A stretch of 64,000 nucleotides of DNA from an uncultured Planctomycetota bacterium. GTDB taxonomy: Bacteria > Planctomycetota > Planctomycetia > Isosphaerales > Isosphaeraceae. Made by a program: the position numbers and the translations under genes. This document shows, in pieces, positions 11,611 through 22,602 of the stretch. Numbering within the stretch: the stretch's first letter is position 1; every line of letters begins with the position of its first letter. The notes under the pieces are model-generated. The model was not told the DNA's origin. It did no database searches and saw nothing but the letters and a program-made list of their open reading frames with translations. The stretch spans positions 160,001 to 224,000 of the forward strand of contig CAWJTV010000036.1 of assembly GCA_963845755.1 (NCBI GenBank), given 5' to 3'.

Positions 11611-12134
11611 CTACGCGCGTGCGGGCCCATTGCCGTCTTCGGACTGCGCATCGGCCCGTGCGCGAGGCGGACAGCCTGGCGGGCCTGGGCCTTCTCGAAG
11701 CGGCTGCGGTCGGCTTCGGTCTCGATCAAGAGCGGCGGGGCGGGCCGCGGTCGCCGGCCGCTGTCATCCAGGGCCACATACAAGCCATAGCCCACGGCGA
11801 CCTTCCGCGGCTCGGGCCGCTCAAACGGCTCGGCGTAGATGTCGATCTGCGTCTCGATCGATGTCCGGCCCACGTAGGTCACCTCGGCGACGAACTCGAC
11901 GCGTTCGCCGACGTAGACCGGCGCCAGGAACGTGAACGAGTCGATCGCGGCGGTCGTGATCCGGCCCTTGCCGACATGTCGCAGGGCGCAAATCGCCCCG
12001 CATTCGTCGGCCATCCGCAGCAGCACGCCGCCGTGGAGCGTCCCGAAGGCGTTGGCCTGGCCCGGCTCGGTGATGATCGCCAGCCTAACCCGCGACGCCG
12101 ACGCCGGCCTGGCAGGGATCTCCTCCTCCAGCAT
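11611..12134 (-). CDS. Acyl-CoA thioesterase (HotDog fold); probable frameshift near the 3' end
   Basis: ANAFGTLHGGVLLRMADECG, FLAPVYVGE and VGRTSIE motifs within ORF 11262-12164. Confidence 0.85.
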
Positions 12135-12218
12135 GACGGCCCTCCTTCCCGTGTCCCACAGCATAGCTTAACCCGGAACGATCGGGCTACAGGCTGAGTA
12201 CCGCAACACAAGGCCGCC

Positions 12219-12758
12219 ATGATTGATGACGCATTCCTCGAGTTGATCGAACCCGTCCTGAAAGAGGCGGGCTCCGTCCGGGAACCGGGCGAGGAGTTTC
12301 GCGTGCCGCCGCTGGACGTGCTCCAGTATTATCCCCGCATCGCGCGGTTAAACCGGCTGCCCATCCTGGGCCGGGCCTTGGGCGTGGTGATGGTGGTCCG
12401 GCAGCCGGTGGACATCGACGGCTCGCGATCGGGCTACGAACGCCTCCTGACCCGCCTGGCCATGGCCGCGAATGGGCGGTTCCCGCCCTGGAAGGGATGG
12501 GTCATCGGCCTGTCGGCGCTCGTCCTCACCCCCGAGCCGATCGGCCCGGGCGACGACGCCATGCTCCGCCAGGTGCTCGACGTCAGGCTCCGTCGAATGC
12601 GGGTCGTCCCGTTCGGATTATTCCGGATCAACCTCGGCCAGGAGGCAATCTCCCTGGCGATCAACGCCAGCCCCGACGGCCTCTTCCCCGAACCGGGCCG
12701 GTTAGCTGACGCCCTCTGCGAACACTTCCGGCGCTTCGTGCCCTTGATGGAGTTGTAG
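12219..12758 (+). CDS. Hypothetical protein
   Basis: 179-aa ORF with normal composition that fills the gap between recognised genes. Confidence 0.65.
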   Translation: MIDDAFLELIEPVLKEAGSVREPGEEFRVPPLDVLQYYPRIARLNRLPILGRALGVVMVVRQPVDIDGSRSGYERLLTRLAMAANGRFPPWKGWVIGLSALVLTPEPIGPGDDAMLRQVLDVRLRRMRVVPFGLFRINLGQEAISLAINASPDGLFPEPGRLADALCEHFRRFVPLMEL

Positions 12759-12816
12759 GGTGGTTGAAACCCGCCAGGAGTTCCGGTGCAGTCTTGGTGG
12801 GTTTCAGCCACTCTAC
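12755..12816. repeat. GTAG-type REP-like palindrome between convergent genes (may act as terminator)
   Basis: GTAGGGTGGTTGAAACCCGCCA...TGGTGGGTTTCAGCCACTCTAC. Confidence 0.6.
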
Positions 12817-12829
12817 GGAAACTGCGCCA

Positions 12830-13498
12830 TCACGGCTTCGGCGGCCCCTCATAGTCCCAATCGAACGAGACCTCGAAGGGCTCCCACCACGGGGCGACGC
12901 CGGTGGCCGAGTCGGAGTGGCGCCCGAGGCCGCCCTTCCAGGGAGGCTCGATCCGGTAAGTCAGCGTATAGCGGCCGGCCTTGGGCATCGCGATCATCGC
13001 CCCATAGTGCAGGCCGTCGCGAGCGACCATCGGCGGCATCTTGGCGGGCGCCGGGGCGACAGAGTGGCTGGCTCCATCGCGCGGCGTGATCGTGTAATGC
13101 ACCACCAGGTAGGGAACAAACTCATCCTTGGCGAAGCCGTTGCGGTTCCCCGAGGTGGCGCGGATATCGGCCTCGAGGTGGATCACGTCCGATGCCGAGG
13201 GGCCGGCCATACCCTCCATCTGCACAGACGGCAGCCAGACCGCCGCGATTCGCATCTGGTTCCGCTCGACCTCCTCGCCGATCGGATACTCGCGGAAGCC
13301 GGGCGGCGGCCGGGAAGCGTTCGCATTGCCAGGCCCCGAAGGGGTCGAGGATGCACCACCATCGCTGGTCGTGGAATCGGGCGATCGCGGTGTTCGAGGA
13401 TCCCACCCCTTGGTGTTCAAGTTCAACGCCAGGATCACGAGCACGCCGCCGAGGATCAGCAAGACGACGATGGGGCCCCTCCAACGCTGAAGCATCAT
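12830..13498 (-). CDS. P19/Tpd/FtrA-family periplasmic iron-transport protein
   Basis: EYPIG, IHLEADI, NGF...FVPYL, MVARDGLHYG and GRH motifs. N-terminal TM segment and linker. Lies downstream of the FTR1 gene. Confidence 0.9.
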   Translation of the reverse strand: MMLQRWRGPIVVLLILGGVLVILALNLNTKGWDPRTPRSPDSTTSDGGASSTPSGPGNANASRPPPGFREYPIGEEVERNQMRIAAVWLPSVQMEGMAGPSASDVIHLEADIRATSGNRNGFAKDEFVPYLVVHYTITPRDGASHSVAPAPAKMPPMVARDGLHYGAMIAMPKAGRYTLTYRIEPPWKGGLGRHSDSATGVAPWWEPFEVSFDWDYEGPPKP

Positions 13499-13523
13499 CG
13501 GTCACCCTCTCGCAACGACGATA

Positions 13524-15835
13524 TCAGACGGGGATCGCCGTGGTCGTTCCGGAGCTGGTCGGCGGTGGTCCGGTCTTGGGTGCGGCGAGCGCGGCTCCTG
13601 GCATCACCGCCCAGCCCAGGAGGGCGCCGGCGACCAGGAACGCTTGGACCGAGGCAACCTGCAGATTGGGATAGAGACCCGCCAGGGGGAACCCGTTGCC
13701 CATCCACGTCAGGTGGGTCGTGATCAGGATGCCGGCATTCTGGAGCTCGAAGACGCCGTTGCCGGCGAAGACGACGGCCAGCACGAAGAGGAACATCCCG
13801 CTGAACTTGAAGAACGTGCGCAACGGCAGCCGCACGCTGGTCGCGCGGACCAGCACGGCGATGGCCGCCAGGATCACCAGGCCCACCGCGAAACCGGCGG
13901 CCAGGCCGAGGAGTCCGGGTCGGGTCTGTCCCTGACTGCCGAGGAGGGCCTGGTACATCAACGAGGTCTCGGCCCCCTCGCGATACACGGCCAGGAACGC
14001 CGTGACGGCCAGCGCGCCCCGGCCGCCCCATTCCAGCCCGCGCCGGGCCTGATGCTGGAGGAAGTCCATCCAGCGCTTGGCCTCGGCCTGCGAGACCAGC
14101 CAGTAGCTGACGTAGAACAACACGCCCGCGGCGACCAGCATCACGACCCCTTCGAGGATCTCGCGTGCCCGGCCCTGCATCGAGGAGACCATCAGGTTCA
14201 AGGCCGCCGCGGTCGCCAGGCTGGCGATGACGGCGAGCGCCACACCGTACCCGATGGCCCGCATCGCCCGCGGCGGTTTGTGGCATGATCCGCCGCCTCG
14301 TCTCTCGACATCGTGCCCGCGGGCGCAGCCTTGGCGACCAGGGTGATGAGCATGGCCAGGACCAGGATGACCTCGACCCCTTCGCGGACGATCGTGATGA
14401 GCGACTCGACGAAAGCCGTTCCGAAGGTCCCCACCGGCTTGGCCTCGAGCCGGGCGACGAGATCTCCGACCTCGACGGTCAGTTGATCGAGCCGGCCTGC
14501 GAGTTTCTCGCCCTTGAGCCCGGCGGTCAGGTCACCACGGAGGGCGTTGAACTGGACCTCCAGCGGCCGGACCGACTGCGGGCTGCGACCGTACAGGTAT
14601 CGCTCCAGTAGCTCGAATTCCCTCATGTACACCGTCGTTAGTTCGGAGGCGGCTTCGTCCGGACCATTCTCCTCGGCCACTTGCTTGATGTGGTCGAACC
14701 CGCGCCGAAGGGCCTGGAGAAGTGGCGTCGGGTCTTTCGGAATATCGGTCCCCGTCGACGCAAAGGGCCTGAGATCCGCGGTTGCCGCACCGACCGCGTC
14801 GATTCGCGACCCGTCGGTCACCCCCTTGGTGTCGAGTTCCCGGGCCGCGCTGACCAGGTCGAGGAGAAGAGTGTGGCTCAAGTCGTCGAGGGTTGACGCG
14901 GGACGGCGATGCTCGGCCACGTCGCGGACCGCCGCGCGATACTGGCGGAATTGCTCTTCGATCGTGCCGGACCTCACGTACCCCAGGTGCCGTCGTACGG
15001 CGGTCTCCATGTCCGAGGCTTCAAATTCGGCGAAGTAGGCGTCGTCGGCCAGCCGCCGCGCCCTGGCCAGCTCGCCGGTGCGGGTTGCGGCCTGCCGGCT
15101 CTCCTGCAGGATCACGCTAATCCGGTCGATCACCTCGGGCCACTTGCGCACGGGCAACGCTTCAGCCGTCGCCCGGACCGGGTTGGATGGCCCGGTCAGC
15201 ACCAGCACCGGAAGCTCGGGCGCCTTGCCGTCCTTGACGACGATCTCCCGCCGCAACGACTCGCCCATCTCATGCCAGGCCGTGAGTACGTATCGACCGT
15301 CCGGGACCCCATCCAGCCGGAACCTGCCCTCCCGCGAGCACACCTGAACCCAAGGGCTCGGGCTGACCACCACGAAGCCCCGCATGTGGCTGTGGATGTC
15401 GCATGCCAGGATCATCACCCCGGTCCGGTCCGGTATGAAGTCCACGGCGTTCCCCGGCCCCATCGATTGGTTGAATGCGAACCCCAGCGTGAGGATGTGG
15501 ACGTTGTGATTCTCACTGTCCTGATTCGTGAACCGCACCCTCTGCCCCAAGACAATCGCCTGCACGCGCGGCGTGAACTGCAACCCGCGCTGATTCACCA
15601 GTGCAATCTCACCTGAGATCGATGAGACTGACTTCTGCTCGCCCGCCTCACCCTCCACACCCACCGGCGACAGGTAGACCACCGCCGGACTGACCGACGG
15701 CGAGCAGATGTCCGGCATCTGCACGATGCCCGAGACCTCCGCGCCGGAGCTCGCCACACCGCTGAATCCACCCAGTAACAGCCCGAAGAGGACCGCTGTT
15801 TCTCCCCGCCGGCTCGACTTTCCTTCGCGTCGCAT
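13524..15835 (-). CDS. FTR1-family iron permease with N-terminal cupredoxin-like domain, frameshifted near 14270
   Basis: Two REGxE motifs: VREGVE in ORF 14198-15835 and YREGAE in ORF 13524-14264. N-terminal HNVH...CDIHSHM. Confidence 0.88.
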
Positions 15836-15888
15836 CGCGCCCTCACCTGGTCAAGACGCTTCCTAGCATCGTCTGAGACGGCATTGCA

Positions 15889-15907
15889 ATTGAGATTCAG
15901 TCTCAAT
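15889..15907. promoter_or_regulatory. Fur-box-like 19-bp palindrome
   Basis: ATTGAGA-TTCAG-TCTCAAT (7-5-7 inverted repeat), about 55 bp upstream of the iron-uptake operon. Confidence 0.7.
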
Positions 15908-16129
15908 GCAAAATCATTATAAACGCGCGGAGGGGTGTCCGTCAACGAGTTGATGAATCCACCACGCGGATTCTGGTCTTGGGGAGTGCGATTTTCGGAG
16001 CAGACGGGTCATGATGTTGACTGAGTGTTGGTGAAGACGGCTTGCCTGGCCGATGAAGCGAACCGGAAGATGGTGATTCGATCCGTTGCGAAACTTGCTT
16101 CAGAACAGGACAGGGACGAGTTTCCGTCG

Positions 16130-16831
16130 ATGCATCCACTGCCAACAGTTGGGACGGCATACCACGGTCCGGTCGTGGTGATGAGGTTCGAATTCGGGGG
16201 CCGTGCGATCCGGTTGGTGCGGCCGACGGACCCGGACCGGCTACTCGACGAATCCACGGTCCACGACTGGAATCGCCGGGATGATTACATGCCGTACTGG
16301 GCCTACCTCTGGCCGGCGGCCTACCTGCTGGCCGAGGCCGTGGCATGCGAGGACTGGGCTGAGAAGGTCGAAGTGCTGGAGATCGGCTGCGGTTTGGGAC
16401 TGGCCGGGCTGGTTGGGCTAGGGCGCGGCTTGCACGTCCAATTCTCCGATTACGATCCGGCGCCGCTGAATTTCGTCACGCGATCCGCGACCGAGAACGG
16501 CTTCGACCCGAGCCGGTTCACGACCCGTCTCCTGGACTGGCGCAACCCGCCAGATGAGATGTTTCCGGTCATCCTGGGTGCTGACGTGATCTACGAGGCC
16601 CGGCTGGTACCGTTAGTGGCCGGCCTGCTTGGCAAGATGCTGAAACCCGGAGGCATCGGACTGATCGCCAGCCCGTATCGCGTGGCCGCGGAGCGGTTCC
16701 CGGACGCTGTCAACTCGTTGGGACTCCTCTGCCGCGCCGCGCCCATGACCACTCAGGCCGAGGACGGCCAACCGATTCGGGGCACGATCTACCGAGTCAG
16801 GCGCCCCGATTCGACTTCAGGGTGCCGATGA
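16130..16831 (+). CDS. Class I SAM-dependent methyltransferase (Methyltransf_16-like)
   Basis: PYWAYLWPAA, VLEIGCGLGLAG, SDYD and GADVIYE motifs. Confidence 0.85.
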   Translation: MHPLPTVGTAYHGPVVVMRFEFGGRAIRLVRPTDPDRLLDESTVHDWNRRDDYMPYWAYLWPAAYLLAEAVACEDWAEKVEVLEIGCGLGLAGLVGLGRGLHVQFSDYDPAPLNFVTRSATENGFDPSRFTTRLLDWRNPPDEMFPVILGADVIYEARLVPLVAGLLGKMLKPGGIGLIASPYRVAAERFPDAVNSLGLLCRAAPMTTQAEDGQPIRGTIYRVRRPDSTSGCR

Positions 16832-17719
16832 CCGCGCGGAGGTCCGAAACCCCATGCGCATCGAGGCGGGCGGTCAGGTCGTCGAGCAACCGTTCGGAGG
16901 CGGCGGGGTCGTAGAACGTCGCGGTGCCGACCTGAATGGCCGAGGCGCCGGCGACGAGGAACTCGAGGGCGTCGTCGGCGGTGGCGATCCCGCCAATGCC
17001 GATGATCGGCAGGCCGGGCAATGCGCGGGCGACGTCCCAGACCATCCGCAGGGCGATCGGCTTGATCGCCGGTCCCGACAGCCCCCCGACGTCGTAAGCC
17101 AGGATCGGCCGGCGTTGCGCCAGTCGACGGCCATGCCGCGGAGGGTATTGATCAGGCTGATGGCATCGGCGCCGGCATCGGCCGCGGCGGCGGCGATCGG
17201 CACGACGTCGGTCACGTTCGGCGTCAGCTTGGCGATGATCGGCAACGGGCAGGCGGCGCGGACTCGCTGCACCAGACGGCCCACGGAGCTGGCGTCAATT
17301 CCGAGGTCCAGCCCATGGCTGACGTTCGGGCAGGAGATGTTCAGCTCGATCGCCGCCAGGCCCGGCTCGGCGCCCAGCATCTCGGCCATCGCGACGAATT
17401 GATCTTCGTCCTCGCCGGCGATGTTCGCGATCACCGCCGTGCCCACCGTGCGGAGGTACGGTAGATGATGCTCGATGAAGTGTGCGATGCCGTCGTTGTC
17501 CAGGCCGATCGCGTTGAGCAGGCCCGATGCGGTCTCGACCGTGCGCGGGGTCGGGTTCCCCGCCCGGGCCCGGAACGTCACCGTTTTGGGGATCACCCCC
17601 CCTAGCCGCTCCAGGCGCACGAACGACGCCACCTCGCGGACATAGCCGAAGGTCCCCGACGCCACGAGCACCGGATTCTCCAGCGCCAGCCGTCCCAGTT
17701 TCACCCGCAGGTCAACCAA
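16797..17719 (-). CDS. pyrD: Dihydroorotate dehydrogenase family 1B catalytic subunit, frameshifted near 17110
   Basis: NPVLVASGTFG, GNPTPR, LNAIGLDN, ELNISCPN, KLTPN, LINT, then PIIGIGGI...AGASAIQVGT in the next frame. Confidence 0.93.
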
Positions 17720-17851
17720 ATCCGCGCTCCTGTCCGCTTCCGAACAGAGATGCCACCCGCCACATACTCTTGCCGCATGCGGCCGCGATTGTCTACGCTG
17801 AAAAACCTCGAGGGTCCGCAAGGATTTCCATCCGCATGAAAGTATTTTTCC

Positions 17852-18649
17852 ATGAATGATTTGCTCGACCTGTCCTCCGAGCTGGAATTCGTCAAGGCCT
17901 TGGCCCAGGAGGCGGCCGGTGTGGCCCTGGCACGCTGTCGAGGGGTCACGCCCCACGAGAAGTCGAATCTCACCTACGTGACCGACCTCGACCAGGACCT
18001 GGAGCGTCTGATCCGCGGGCGGCTGGGGGCGCGGTTCCCCGATGATGGCTTGACCGGCGAGGAATACTGCGCCGAGGGGGGCAGCGGTCCGCGTCGATGG
18101 TCGATCGACCCGATCGACGGCACGGGGAACCTGGTCCACGGCCTGCCGCTGTGGGCCATAAGCATCGGCCTGATCGTCGAGGGGGAGCCCGTAATGGGTG
18201 TGATTGCCGTCCCGCCGCTGGGGGAGCTGTTCTGGGCCGTCAAGGGGGGCGGGGCCTGGCTCGATGGCCATCGGCTCATGGCCCGCGACGCCGACAGCTT
18301 TCACAACCAGGATAATGTCTGCGTGGGCACCAATGCCCTGCGGGCCGTCGACCCGCGAACCCTGCCCGGCCGGCTCCGCGACCTGGGCAGCGCCTGTTGC
18401 GAGCAGACGTTCGTCGCCGCCAACCGCCTCCAGGCGTGCACCTTCCTCGGCGAGGCCACCCACGACATCGCCGCCGGAACCGTCATCGCCGTCGAGGCCG
18501 GCTGCCAGTTCGGCACAATCGCCGGCGAACGCCTCAGCCCCGCCGAGATGATCCGGCGGACGCCCATCACCTGCCCCACGTTCGTCGCCGCACCCCGGCG
18601 CCTCGAGGCCCTCATGACCATGGCGCGGCTTCTGACCACGAACCACTAA
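17852..18649 (+). CDS. Inositol monophosphatase family protein
   Basis: GEE, WSIDPIDGTGN and HDIAAG motifs. Confidence 0.9.
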   Translation: MNDLLDLSSELEFVKALAQEAAGVALARCRGVTPHEKSNLTYVTDLDQDLERLIRGRLGARFPDDGLTGEEYCAEGGSGPRRWSIDPIDGTGNLVHGLPLWAISIGLIVEGEPVMGVIAVPPLGELFWAVKGGGAWLDGHRLMARDADSFHNQDNVCVGTNALRAVDPRTLPGRLRDLGSACCEQTFVAANRLQACTFLGEATHDIAAGTVIAVEAGCQFGTIAGERLSPAEMIRRTPITCPTFVAAPRRLEALMTMARLLTTNH

Positions 18650-18675
18650 CCTTTCACCACGGACCACTACGAACC

Positions 18676-19122
18676 ATGGGCCACTGGGGCGTGAAAAGCT
18701 ACGAGAACGACGAGGCGCACGACGCCTTGGATGCCGGTTTCGACCGGGTCCATGGTGCGCGTTACGAAGAGCTGATGGACGACCGCAACCCGCTGACGTA
18801 CGAACAGGTTCAGCAGCAACTTGCGGACACTCGGACGCTCGAAGCGTCGATCGCGGCCCTGTGGGATTGGCTGGGATCGGAGATCGCGCCGGAGGCCTGG
18901 GACGACTCGGCCCGGTTGGCCCTGGCAGGGATCGTGGTGCGGCACGCCGAGCTGAAAATCCCCATCCCCGACGAGTGGCGGCAGCGCGCGATCGACTGGC
19001 TGGAACGCGAGGAGATCGACTGGCACGAGGCGACGGAGCGTCGGCTACGGCGGCAGAAGGAGGTGGACCTGCTGCGCCGCGCACCTGGAGCCAAGGGGCC
19101 GAGCGCGGGTCCGGAGACGTAA
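18676..19122 (+). CDS. Hypothetical protein, DUF4259-like N-terminus
   Basis: MGHWGVKSYENDEAHD resembles the MGxWG...ND start of DUF4259 proteins. Confidence 0.6.
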   Translation: MGHWGVKSYENDEAHDALDAGFDRVHGARYEELMDDRNPLTYEQVQQQLADTRTLEASIAALWDWLGSEIAPEAWDDSARLALAGIVVRHAELKIPIPDEWRQRAIDWLEREEIDWHEATERRLRRQKEVDLLRRAPGAKGPSAGPET

Positions 19123-19195
19123 CTCCAGTTGGCGCGGGAGGGAAGATTACGATAGATTCGCGTTTCACGAGGGACTCACAAGGAGGTTTGCCCCT

Positions 19196-20953
19196 ATGGC
19201 CACGGCACCCACGGGATGGGTCGAGCTGGCGTCGTCGCCGGTCGATAAGCGGCAGTCGCAGTCGGATCGCGCACCGGTTGAACAGCCGGTGCGAAGGCCG
19301 GAACTCCGGAGCGGCATCCTCCTCGTCGTCGCCTTGGTCCCTGCCGTGGCCGCGATCTGGACCGTCTCCTGCTTCTCGACCCAGGACGGTCCGGCCCACG
19401 TCTACAATGCCCAGGTCCTCGCCTGGTCGTTCAGCTCCGGCTCGCCGTTCCGGGAGGTTTACACGATCCGCTGGCAGCCGATCCCGAACTGGATCGGCCA
19501 TCTGGCGCTGGCGAGCCTGGCGGCGATCTTGCCGGCATGGGCCGCGGACCGGATCCTGATCAGCGTGACGCTTGCCGGATTCGCGGTGGCCATCTTCTGG
19601 CTGCGCGGACGTGTTGCCGGCGCACGGTATCGGACCGGTGCGGCCTTGATGGCGGTCCTGCTGGCCATGAACATCACCTGGCTGTTCGGGTTCTATGGCT
19701 TCATGCTCGGCGCCTGCCTGTTCCCGATCACGCTGGGATACTGGTGGCCGCATCGCGACGACCTGCGCATCGGCCGGATCGTTGGTCTGTCGGCGCTGCT
19801 GGTCCTCGGCTACTTCTGCCATCTTGTGGGCCTCGGGCTGACGGTGCTGGGCCTGGTCATCCTCGCCCTGTTCAGTCCACCGTCGCCGCCGGCCCGGAGC
19901 TTCGCGTCGTCGCGATGGCGCCGGCGCTTCGCACCCCTGGCGGTCTGCTTCCTGCCGCTGGTCCCACTCGGGCTGGTCTATCTCGGACTGGCGCACCGAG
20001 GCGGACCCATCCACCCGTTCTGGGGCAACCTCGCCGATCCGTTCTCGCCCTCGGCCTGGAAGGCGCAGTTCACCTGGGCGGATCCGCTGACGTTGTCGCG
20101 GAAAGACGTCCTGCCGTTCACCGATCGCGTCAGCCGGGCGTTCATCCTCTTCGCGCCGGTGGTGTGGCTGGTGGCGGCGCTGTTCATCTGGGGATTCGCC
20201 GCGGTCGCAACTCGACTGCGGTGCCGGGTCGCTACGGCGCCCGACGATCGTCGGGGGTGGCGGATCCTGGCAGTCCTGCTGATCGCCGCCGGCTTGGCGG
20301 GCCCCGATACCCTCGGTGCGGATCACGGCGAGTATCTCTCTCAGCGCGTGGTACTGTGCGGCCTGGTCGCTCTGACCGTCGTTGTCGATCTCGACACCCG
20401 GAGATGGTCCGGCCGCGCCGCGACCGCCGCCCTGATGGCGGCCGTCGCCCTCCAGTCGGCGATCGTCTGGGATTACGCCCTCTACTCCGATCGTACCGCC
20501 GGCCAGATCCTCCGCGCCCGCGACACCGCCGGTCGCGGAAAGCGCATCGCGGTGCTGCCGGCCGCGATCCGTAGTCGGTTCCGCGCCAATCCCCTGCTCC
20601 ACGCCGGCAACTGGCTGGGCGTCAACTCCGGCAATGTCGTCTGGAACAACTACGAGACCCGGCACTATTACTTCCCCGTGCAATTCCGGCCCGGGATCGA
20701 TCGTCCGCACCCCGATGAGCTGGAGTTTGCCATCAGACATGATGATCCGCGTGAGAGGGCCTTCCGCGCACGAGAGTGGGAACGCATCCTCTTCCGCCAC
20801 GCGGATTCGATCGACGAGCTGATCGTCTACAAGAGCGAGCCGCGACTCGACGCCGTCACCGAGCGGTGGTTCCACCTGGTCGCGCGCCGGGGCGATGTCC
20901 GGATCTTCCATCGAAACCCGGATCGTGAATCGGAGTCCTCGCCCTCCCTTTGA
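19196..20953 (+). CDS. Multi-pass membrane protein (possible GT-C-type glycosyltransferase)
   Basis: 585 aa with many TM segments and a TQDGPAHVYNA loop motif after TM1. Confidence 0.65.
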   Translation: MATAPTGWVELASSPVDKRQSQSDRAPVEQPVRRPELRSGILLVVALVPAVAAIWTVSCFSTQDGPAHVYNAQVLAWSFSSGSPFREVYTIRWQPIPNWIGHLALASLAAILPAWAADRILISVTLAGFAVAIFWLRGRVAGARYRTGAALMAVLLAMNITWLFGFYGFMLGACLFPITLGYWWPHRDDLRIGRIVGLSALLVLGYFCHLVGLGLTVLGLVILALFSPPSPPARSFASSRWRRRFAPLAVCFLPLVPLGLVYLGLAHRGGPIHPFWGNLADPFSPSAWKAQFTWADPLTLSRKDVLPFTDRVSRAFILFAPVVWLVAALFIWGFAAVATRLRCRVATAPDDRRGWRILAVLLIAAGLAGPDTLGADHGEYLSQRVVLCGLVALTVVVDLDTRRWSGRAATAALMAAVALQSAIVWDYALYSDRTAGQILRARDTAGRGKRIAVLPAAIRSRFRANPLLHAGNWLGVNSGNVVWNNYETRHYYFPVQFRPGIDRPHPDELEFAIRHDDPRERAFRAREWERILFRHADSIDELIVYKSEPRLDAVTERWFHLVARRGDVRIFHRNPDRESESSPSL

Positions 20954-21615
20954 GAATGGTGGCGCCCACCGCGGATCGTGACACGGGTTGGCACTTATGG
21001 GCCGTAATTTGACGGGTCGCCCTCGCCGATCTCGCTGGCCCGGAACGAGTTCGGGATGAGTGCGTCCCGGCGAGGTCCGGTCCGGTTTTCGACCCGCGGC
21101 ATTCGGAATGCGGACGTCGGAATGTTGAGGTTTGTCCACGAGATCGATCTCTGCAGGCCCATGGCGGCGCTGGGAGGTGGTGCAGCATGGCGCCCTATTT
21201 AATAGGATGCCTCAGCTTTGGAAAACCGTTAATGCACCTAGTCCCGAAATCGGGGATTTGGACATCCGAACTCTTGATCACAGCAAGGGTTAAGAAAAGC
21301 GAAAAAAATTATTTGATGGGGGATTGCGCACCGCCATCCGCGCACGATGAATCGGGCGTCGAGACAGGGAAGCCCCCACCGACGAACCCACGTCCTCTCC
21401 CATGCCGCCGGCGCGGAAATCGGTGATGTTCGGCGGAGCCTTCATCGGTTCCCGCCTCGCGAACGCGTTGTGATCGGCGATCGCACGATGCGCGTCACGT
21501 CACTGCGACCCGAAGGGCGAGCGGAATCCGTTTCCCGCGAATCACGGCGGGATCGACCTCCGCCAACACGCCGGCGCGGTCGAGCGTGACCAGCGTCCTG
21601 CTCCATGCGATCCGG

Positions 21616-22512
21616 TCAGTCTTGAAGCGCGGCGTCCTCGGGCATTGTTCGACCCATGTACAACTCGACATTAGCCGGTGTGCTGATCAATGGCACGTTC
21701 CAGATCGGTTTCCCATCGAGAAGGGCTGTCTCTTCAACATTGGACAGCCGCGCGAAGGCATAACGCCAGGTGCGGATCTTCGCGTCCTCCGACCATGCCT
21801 CGAGGATCAAGAGAACGTTGGGATTGGTCGCGCCGACGAAAGCGAACAGCATCCCATCCAGCAGGCCCGCCTCGGGATCGCCATACCGGTCCAGCGGTTG
21901 GGTCAGCAGTCGCTGCTGGATCCGGCCTGGCTTCGGAGCCTGGAGGCTGACCGAGAACCGCCGGGCAATGGCCCGGGCCTGGGTGAGGCGCTGGGCCGTC
22001 GAGCCGGCTGGCGTCGGCGCATCGGGGACGGCCCGCGGCTGGAGATCGCCCGGTGGTCGGGATGACCAGCGCCGGCCATCGCCAAACTCGACCTCGATGG
22101 TCTTCGGCGACAACGCGGAGACATTGAAAACCCAAACCCTCTGACCTGATGTCCGCCCCAGCAATCCCAGCTTCAGCACGGCGGCCGGCCGGCCGCGCTC
22201 ACCCCAACGCCACAGGGTCCCATCGACCGCGTGCGTGAGGGGATTGCTGTACCGGAGGAGCGGCTCCGATCGGAGCGGCTGCGGCGGTCCCGGCTTCCTG
22301 TCGGTGATCTCGTAGACCTTGATCTCCTTGGCCAGCCGCCGCATCGTCTCCAGCCGCAACGCCGATTTGTCGCGGTCCGCCGCGTCGTCCTGGGCCGAGG
22401 CGGCGGGTCCGATGAGGGCCGCCAGCAGGGCCAGGAACGATCGCCTCGTGGGCTGGCACAGGTCATCAACACGGAGGCCCGGTGGTTCGTGCCTGATCGC
22501 TGTTACCGTCAT
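21616..22512 (-). CDS. Hypothetical exported protein (Tat-like TRRSFL signal)
   Basis: 298-aa ORF. PTRRSFLALLAAL followed by ASA; GGAGG upstream. Confidence 0.7.
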   Translation of the reverse strand: MTVTAIRHEPPGLRVDDLCQPTRRSFLALLAALIGPAASAQDDAADRDKSALRLETMRRLAKEIKVYEITDRKPGPPQPLRSEPLLRYSNPLTHAVDGTLWRWGERGRPAAVLKLGLLGRTSGQRVWVFNVSALSPKTIEVEFGDGRRWSSRPPGDLQPRAVPDAPTPAGSTAQRLTQARAIARRFSVSLQAPKPGRIQQRLLTQPLDRYGDPEAGLLDGMLFAFVGATNPNVLLILEAWSEDAKIRTWRYAFARLSNVEETALLDGKPIWNVPLISTPANVELYMGRTMPEDAALQD

Positions 22513-22602
22513 GGGACCCCCCCTGGAGGTGTATTGAAGACGCTCGGCAATGCGCGCGTTCGGAACGCGAGGTCGCTTCCCATCATATCGTTTCGGGCCG
22601 GA

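Noticed and set aside
16874..21139. 1421-aa minus-strand ORF
   Set aside because: It is mostly the antisense shadow of three plus-strand genes. Only its last part (below about 17719) is real and belongs to pyrD.
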